A stretch of DNA of 64,000 nt from positions 4,344 to 68,343 of the IMG/VR virus record IMGVR_UViG_3300005985_000002; one strand, 5' to 3'. A program made the position numbers and the translations under genes. The notes under the pieces were generated by a model. That model was not told the origin of the DNA, ran no database searches, and saw nothing but the letters and a program-made list of their open reading frames with translations. Of the stretch, positions 57,316 through 64,000 are shown one piece after another (positions within the stretch are counted from its first letter, which is position 1; the number at the start of each line of letters is the position of its first letter). This stretch comes from a virus (lineage: Duplodnaviria; Caudoviricetes).

Positions 57316-57403
57316 CCTGGACGCCCCCTGGACGCCGCCTGGACGCCGCCTGGACGCCGCCTGGACGCCGCCTGGACGCCGCCTGGACGCCGCCTGGACG
57401 CCG
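57316..57403 (+). repeat. 11-bp tandem repeat x8
   Basis: CCTGGACGCCG x8 (first copy ends in C). Confidence 0.95.
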
Positions 57404-57620
57404 CGGCGATCCCGGCCAAATGGGAATCCGCTACCGTCCAATTGGGAATGCGATCCGCAGGTAAAGGGCTAGGCGCGCGCGCCAGCCGCCGGCAAGGCGG
57501 TTACGGCACCGCCCTTGGCCGAAACGCGCGCCAGCGGCCACGCCAGCCCCAGCAACGGGCAAAAGAAAACGGGCGCCGGGATGGTGCGGCGCCCGTCAAG
57601 TTTGGGTCGACGAGAGTCGG

Positions 57621-57917
57621 TCAGAGACCGACTAGCATCAACAGCAAGAATAACACCACGCCCCCCGCGGCGATCGCGGGAGCGTTCTGCACGATCACGG
57701 CGGCAATGGAAAAGATGACCGCGCCCAAGACGCCAAGCGAGATGGCAAAGCGCGCCAGCTCGCCAAGCGTGACGCGGGCGGACACATCTTTGTCGGTCCA
57801 GCCGCAAAGATAAGCTTCGGCCTGCGCCCGCGTAAAGAACGGCCCGGCCAAAGCTTCATCGCCCTGAACGATATGGAAGCCTTGAGCGTCCGACACGATG
57901 CGAAGCGACTCTCTCAT
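57621..57917 (-). CDS. membrane hypothetical protein
   Basis: C-terminal hydrophobic helices. Confidence 0.55.
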   Translation of the reverse strand: MRESLRIVSDAQGFHIVQGDEALAGPFFTRAQAEAYLCGWTDKDVSARVTLGELARFAISLGVLGAVIFSIAAVIVQNAPAIAAGGVVLFLLLMLVGL

Positions 57918-58423
57918 GCGAGGTAGACCTTGCCGTCATCGCCCCGCATCACGTCGCGGTTCTCGAATTGCTTGCGCCAGCCGCATAACGCGCTCAACGC
58001 GTCGCGGTGCGGTTGCGGCCATTCGTCTTCCCAAAACCCGGCGCCGTGGCCGCAACGAGTCAGCCAAAAGTCATGGCCGCCCTGTTGCTCGATTCCGCCA
58101 TCGCACGTCACTTCGGCAAAGGGCTCTGGATCGGACTCGAACGCGGCAAGCGCGGTGCGCCATTCGGGCGTCTTTTGGAAGGCTGCGCAGTCCGCGATTA
58201 TTTCGGCCAGTGCATCGCCATCTAAATCACTAAAGCCGTAATCGCCCGGAAGCTCGGATATGCGGCCTTCGTGCACGTCTTCTTCTGAATGCGTCTCGCG
58301 AGTCGTGCTGGGCTCATTGTTCGTAAAAAAGATGCACTCAATGTAGGCGCGCGTGAAATCGTCGAGGTCGCTGAATGCGACTCCGTTCACGTCGCCTGCC
58401 GAGTCGAGGATGAATTGAGTCAT
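57914..58423 (-). CDS. acidic phage early protein
   Basis: GGHDFWLTRCGHGAGFWED motif; pattern recalled from other phage early proteins. Confidence 0.65.
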   Translation of the reverse strand: MTQFILDSAGDVNGVAFSDLDDFTRAYIECIFFTNNEPSTTRETHSEEDVHEGRISELPGDYGFSDLDGDALAEIIADCAAFQKTPEWRTALAAFESDPEPFAEVTCDGGIEQQGGHDFWLTRCGHGAGFWEDEWPQPHRDALSALCGWRKQFENRDVMRGDDGKVYLA

Positions 58424-58426
58424 GGT

Positions 58427-59077
58427 CTAGCGCTCCACAGTTTCAGAAACGCGCGCCTCTAGCGCGGCGATGGCTTGGACGACGTGCGGCATTGGGTTGA
58501 GTGAGCTAGCATCGCAAGACGAATGATATTCCGGCCCGCTAAGGCTGTATTCATCCGGAAGCGTTGCGGCTAAGGCAGCGCGCGGGGTTGCAAAAGGTCC
58601 GCGATCATCCGGGCCGCCATCCATCGCAACCCAATAAGCGCCGTTGGTGTCGCGATAAATGCCCTTGCCGCCGCTGTCGTGTATCCCTTCGTTTAGCTCA
58701 TCAACCGACTCGCGATCATCGGCCACGGCCGAAGGATCGCCCAAGCGCACACGGTTTAGAAAATCGCGCCAGCCGTCATTGACGCGCGAGACGACATGAG
58801 CGCGGATCGAGTCGGGCAAGTCGCCGAATTGCAAGTCAACCGCGCGGCCTTGCTCGGCTTCCTCTTGCAAGTGCTGCACGTCGATACGTTCGCCCCATTG
58901 GCTGACGCCTAGGGGATGTGAAGGACAAGCCGACAGCGACAGATAATCGCCATCGCAGAATGCGACTGTGTATCTGTCCACAGTGGCGCCGCCATTGTCT
59001 TGAATACGGAAGATGTAGCCGCTAGCGGCCAGCTCTTTTTCAGAGTGAAAAAGTCGAAGGTCTTCAGACGTTGTCAT
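58427..59077 (-). CDS. phage early protein
   Basis: DNGGATVDRYTV motif; GGAGTC RBS. Confidence 0.6.
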   Translation of the reverse strand: MTTSEDLRLFHSEKELAASGYIFRIQDNGGATVDRYTVAFCDGDYLSLSACPSHPLGVSQWGERIDVQHLQEEAEQGRAVDLQFGDLPDSIRAHVVSRVNDGWRDFLNRVRLGDPSAVADDRESVDELNEGIHDSGGKGIYRDTNGAYWVAMDGGPDDRGPFATPRAALAATLPDEYSLSGPEYHSSCDASSLNPMPHVVQAIAALEARVSETVER

Positions 59078-62000
59078 TCGTGCGACTCCTTGGGAATCCA
59101 AGTCAAGAATTCTTCCGATAGCTTGCCCGCATCCGTGAACACAACGACGCAATCGTCGCCGCATTCTGCATACATCGGGTACGCGTCGCGTGCATTGAGT
59201 CCCGTGTAGCAGTGAAGCAATCGGCCTTTGTAAGTCACCGTGACGTTGCGCACGAAAATGGCGCCTGTATTCTCGTCTTGATCGATTAGGAAAGGCGCTT
59301 GCTCGCCCTCGTCATCAAACACCACGTGAAGGTTGCAGCGTAAGCCAGAAACCCCGCGCTCGGATTCGATGTATAGGGCGCCGAGACACTTCAAGAGTTT
59401 CGACTCGTTGAACAGGTCGCGCGGGATGACTCGAATATAGCTCATATGCATTGCTCCTATCAGACTTCCAACACTTCGCCGTTGCGCCAGCCGACATGTT
59501 CGGCAATCGCGGTCATGGCGTGCTTTATAGCTTCATCGCCGTAGCCATCGAAATGCGCCGCGAATTTCACGCCTGCCGAAGCGAAGGCCGCGTCAATCGC
59601 CGCACTCGGCTTGTGATAGTCGCATCCGTCCGCGTAGCCGTGGCCGCTGGCCGTGTCCGAATGGTCGGGCAAGTGAATCCAGACGCTCGCATAAATCCGC
59701 GCGTCTGCGTAGCGATTGGATCGGGAGCGGTAAACGCGGGCGACCACGGCTTGCGTGAAGCGTCCGCGCCATTTGTTCGCGTCATAGTTTGGCGTTGCGC
59801 AAATGTAGATGAATTGGCAAACGGTTTCTTTGTCTTCGGCAAAGTTGCGCCCGTTGCGCTTCGGCTCGAATGATAGGACCGCGTTTGCATCGTAGGGCAT
59901 GCGTGGGGCTTTTGCAGTGTTGGTCATGTGCTGAGACTCCTTTGATTGGTAGGCTGATCAGTTGTCGGCAAGTCCGTCTTCGAAGCCGTCCCCGCGCTGA
60001 TAGCGCTGTGTCAGCTCTTCGATGGATCGTCGCGCTTCGCAGATGGCCGCCCAAGCGTCCGCGATGTCGGCCCGGTAGAGCGCGCAAAGGCGAGCATAGG
60101 TCGACTCGTCTTTGCCTTGCGCCTTGGCGTGGCGCTTGGCTTGGCGAAACTCCGCCGCAGTGTGCAAAGCTTCGGCGCGCCTTTGCTTTATCTCGCGCCG
60201 CTGATCTTGCACGCGGGCGCCGGCTTGCCATGCCTCTCGGTAATCGCGCTCCTTTTCCGCTTCTATCTCCGCGAGTCGATCCGCATAGCGCGCGGCCTCG
60301 CGTTCGTCATCCGTGATGCTGGAAAAGTCCAGCACTGCGGCAGACTCTACGCAGCATGAATTGTGGAACGCGCGCGGACGGCGGAATTCTTCTCCCGCCT
60401 GATAGCCCGAGATGAAACGAGTCTTGCCGTGTTTGGCGACAAGCTGGAAAACAACGCCGCGATACACTTCCGGCGGATCGCCATCGGGGAAAGTGAACCA
60501 TCCGCTATGGCGAAGCGGTAGAATCTCGTCAGCCCACCGCGGATGGCGCAAGACCTCGCGCGCGTTCTCGACCCAATGCAAGTGTTTGTCGCGCCCAAAG
60601 GCGGCGCCTGTGTTGCTGGCGCGATCCGGATATTGCTCGCGTGCTTCCTTTCTGGCGGTCTCGCGCCAATCGCCTGTCTCTTTCTTGAGCCGCGCTAGGC
60701 GCGATCCAAGATTGGCTAGGTTATCCAGCATGCGCCTCCTTCGGCGCTTTGCCTCCGCATCCCAATCGTCTTGGGTGCGGTTAGGAACGTGAATGAGTGA
60801 ACCCGGAAGGAAAGGCATAAACTGAGACTCCTTGTGTGTTGCTGAACTAGATTACGGTCGGCAATACGTGGCGCTGATGCTATCGGAGTAGCCCTTGCGC
60901 ACATATCCGCCCGCGATCAAATCGCTTTCGAGCGTGGCGAGCGCGGAGCGCATCGCTGTGCTCATGTAGCCCTTGCCGCTTTGGATCGTTAGGACGTCAT
61001 CCTTGGCCCATACTTTGAGAGTACGGTCCCCCGCCAAGGATCGGTCAAAGCCAACCAAGCTAACGTAGTAGCGGTCCCGCCAAGGCGAGACAGTGTTGAC
61101 GCCTTTGGACTCGTGCAAAAGTTTGAGTAGATCGGTCATAGGTAATGGTCCTTACTAGTTGCTGTGACGCCAGCCCAAGCGTTTGAGATGCTCCACAACC
61201 TTAGCGTGTGACGCATAAGGAACGGAAACCGGCCCGCTCTCGCGAAGTTGACGCACATGGCCTGTTGCTGAATTGGTGCAGATATCGTGGAGAAGCGCGG
61301 CTACATCGTCCGAATCGAAGCACATCAATTGCTTGTCCAGACGATTGGGGAAAGTGCGAAAGGTTTTGGTCATAGTTTGAGTCCTTTTGTTGCTTGCGGA
61401 TCAGTAGACAAATTCAGCGTACCCAATGCGAGTCCAGGCGCCGCCTATGCGCTGGCATGTTTCCACGTCTGGCGTGTCGCTTGTGTAAGATGAAAAGCGG
61501 ACGAGTCCTGCAGGCTTGCCGAGTCGTTCCGCGATTAGCTGCAAAGCTTTGCGCGAAGCTTCGGCGTCTGTTTCAGTGTCCAGCGGCCATTCATCCGGCC
61601 GCAGATGATGCTCTACATATTCGTTCGTGTAGAAATAAAGAGTGCCTTTCATTGTCTGACTCCTCATTCGTGCGCCCATTCCGGGCGCTCATCTTCAAAG
61701 GCAAAGGCCTTGCAGTCATCCGACATGACCGCAGCTTCCGGCCCGTCATCCGACTCCGGGCAGTCAGTATCAACGAGATTGCCTTCCTCATCGAATTCGA
61801 ACCAGTAAGCCCGCGTGTCGCGCAACTTAGAACCCGGCCAACTGCGATTGAACGCGGCGACGCCTTCACGCGAAACGCGGACTTTGTGTTTCCCAATCAT
61901 CGCAATGGGCGCCGCTTCGCGTTCAGCTTTGTTTTGCGCGGCCATCGTGCTTGAAACGATGCGCGCACACATCCGAGCGTCAAAGCCTTCAGCGTCGTTT

Positions 62001-63495
62001 AGCTCTGCGGCATGGGCTTTCATTTCATCCCACGTATCAGAATGCGCCCAATGAAACGGAATGGGCGTGTATCCGCGCTCATTGGCGATAGCGACGCCTA
62101 GCGCCGCATTGGGCGCGCTTTTCTGACCGGGCAAGACGGCAACGAAGCACCAAACCTTGCCCTTCACAACGTCTTCTAGCCCGCATTCAAAGCGGCCTTC
62201 TTTCGTGAACTTCCTAAGCATGTCTTCAGTCCTTTCTCTCTGGTTTTAGTGCAGCAATTGGCCGGTTTGCAGACTGCGAGCGTCGCTCAATATCGTTCCG
62301 GCGTTGCCTTCGCGAAGCGCCGTGCGTTGGCCCATGGCGAAAATGGTGCGGTAGGGGTCTTCCGAGTCATCCGTGTAATACGCGGAGTCCTCATCATCGG
62401 GCCATGCGATGCGGTATTCGCTTTCCCTCAATCTCACGCCTAAGCCGTAACGGCTCGCCGCGTCTTTCAACTGCGCCAGTGTGTAGGGCGTTTCGAGCCG
62501 GAAACTGTTTAGCCATGACGGCCCGTGCGAATTGCGAAGCGCGTAGACGTCAGTCAGGACCGCGCGCCAGTCTGCGGAATAAGCGGCGCTGATATCCGCT
62601 GATTGCCACAAGAGCCGCGCCTCTTCTTTCCATCGGCGGCCTTTCATGCGCGCAAATTCGCGAACGCTTGCGATTTGGTCCGCTGTTAGTGCTGCGTAGG
62701 TCATGTGTTGATTCCTTGCTCTTGTGTTTCAGTCATGAGTTTCACGAATGCGTCGCGCCATTCGTCCGCGGCTTTGGACACAAGCGATGGCGAATAGTAG
62801 GCAACAGGCTTTGCGCCGCGTCTCGGCTTCTCTTCACGGCCGAAGACCATGGAAAAACCGGCGATGTCTTTGACGCGGCCTTTCTTGACCGTGACCATGT
62901 CTTCGGGCCGATAGTGCATAGGCCATTCAGGCTCGACCACGGGCGGAAGGTCAGGGCACACACATTCAAGCGTGCGCCGACAATCGCGGAGGCGTTCGCG
63001 CTCATCGGAGGTGAGCGGCTTCACGCCGCGCACCATCGCTGTGTCTCGAATGTACAGATGGGCGAATGAATAGGCGACAGGCGCTAGCGCCTTGGCGATT
63101 GCTTGCCCTTGCAGTGTGATGGTGAGCGTCTTCATGTTAGCGCTTCACACTGAAGTAGACCGCAAGGGCGACGACGATAAGAGCGCCAACGGCGAGCGCG
63201 ATGAAGGCCGCTTGGGGATTCACTTCGGCGACTCGCGCCGCTGTCTCTGCAGTCAGGGTCATTGTTCCATCCTTTCGCATTCAACGCTCCGCCTCTGTTG
63301 CAGGCGGAGGCAGTCATCAAGTGTGAGGTTGTGGTCTACCACATGGCGGGCGCCGTTCACAAAGACATGCACGGCCTGCCATGTCGCAATGCGTGCATGC
63401 GCTTCGCCGTAGCAGGCGCCTAGCCAGAATGCGCCGATAGCCGCTGCAACTGCAGCGCCTATGCTGGCCAATCTCTGTTGCATGGGCGAGAGCAT
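59074..63495 (-). CDS. block of about 11 small early proteins (59074-59451, 59460-59927, 59958-60818, 60852-61139, 61155-61373, 61401-61652, 61664-62221, 62246-62704, 62701-63135 and short ORFs to ~63495)
   Basis: Co-oriented ORFs, most with GGAG(TC)/AAGGA RBS; no recognisable domains. Confidence 0.6.
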
Positions 63496-64000
63496 CACAG
63501 CGCCTCGCCTGTGCAAGCTGCGCATTCGCATTCGCGGAGCATGTCCGCATCGTCATCCTGATCGATTAGAGACTCCGCAAAGGACTCCAGCTCTTCAGTC
63601 ATGCGCGCCATCCGGGCGATAAAGGCCGGGGCGACAGCCGCGGCCGGGGTGCGTGTTTGTAGTCTCATTGGGTCTACTCCTTTTGTCTGAAAAACCCGCC
63701 GGCATGTTGCGCCTAAGCTTACAATTTGTCACGGAAAACGTGAGGTAAACGGGCAGGTTTTTCAGCGCGTCTTTGAGTGCGTAGACCGGCGCCTGAAGGC
63801 GCGTAACGCAGGGGCGAGGCTGCACTGGGACGGGGGTTAGGGGCGGCGGGGGTGGGCTGTTGGGCGGCGTCGCCGCCGCGCTCGCCAGCATGCTGGGGCG
63901 GAACGGCAAGCTCCCCTTAAAGGACACCCTGCACACTTTCCTGCCCCGCCTCTCCGCCGCGAACCTCACCCCGGACGTGGAGGTCCGGGTGTGGGACCCG

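Larger units (their letters stand above)
2058..63724. promoter_or_regulatory. dispersed 21-bp motif TTGTMAGCTTWNNCGCAACAW, 15 copies
   Basis: + strand: 2058, 7271, 12469, 15446, 15467, 19239, 22267, 22356, 33380, 40847; - strand: 44440, 48447, 50432, 52903, 53397, 63704 (leftmost coordinates; the tandem 15446/15467 pair counted as one site). Confidence 0.8.

Noticed and set aside
56971-57813. ORFs spanning the 11-bp tandem repeat
   Set aside because: Their translations are just the repeat in different frames (AWTPPGRRLDA); no RBS or domain.
63890-64000. Rightward ORF start (MLGRNGKLPL...) as the primase or as the target of array A
   Set aside because: Only 37 codons are visible, with no clear RBS; DVEVR matches only four code units, which is chance level. 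No primase/helicase gene is seen in the window; it probably lies outside.

Overview
The window is almost the whole genome (both edges cut) of a GC-rich temperate siphovirus with Chi/BcepNazgul-like (Casjensviridae-type) gene order. The host is probably an alphaproteobacterium, inferred from a GapR homolog, the spanin type and a DUF2793 tail protein. Plus strand: replication (DUF2800-like nuclease, SSB, PolA, VRR-NUC, SNF2), an inserted regulator/MTase/glycosyltransferase/attP/integrase/AlpA cassette, lambda-like packaging and head genes, tail genes and lysis genes. Minus strand (43.2-63.7 kb): nucleotide-pool enzymes, GapR, an adenine MTase and many small early genes. attP is intact and carries the 3' end of a tRNA-Gln, so this is the non-integrated form. 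Top finding: a solitary Cas7-like RAMP gene (51481-52065) flanked on both sides by intergenic arrays of 5-nt units (NN + conserved YGA; 25 and 22 units), followed by a wHTH-like partner gene, with no CRISPR array or other cas gene. This is a candidate non-CRISPR RNA-guided system resembling VIPR but with YGA instead of GGY. Second finding: a 21-bp motif (TTGTMAGCTTWNNCGCAACAW) occurs 15 times, always oriented with transcription. All family assignments come from motifs read by eye; no database searches were run.
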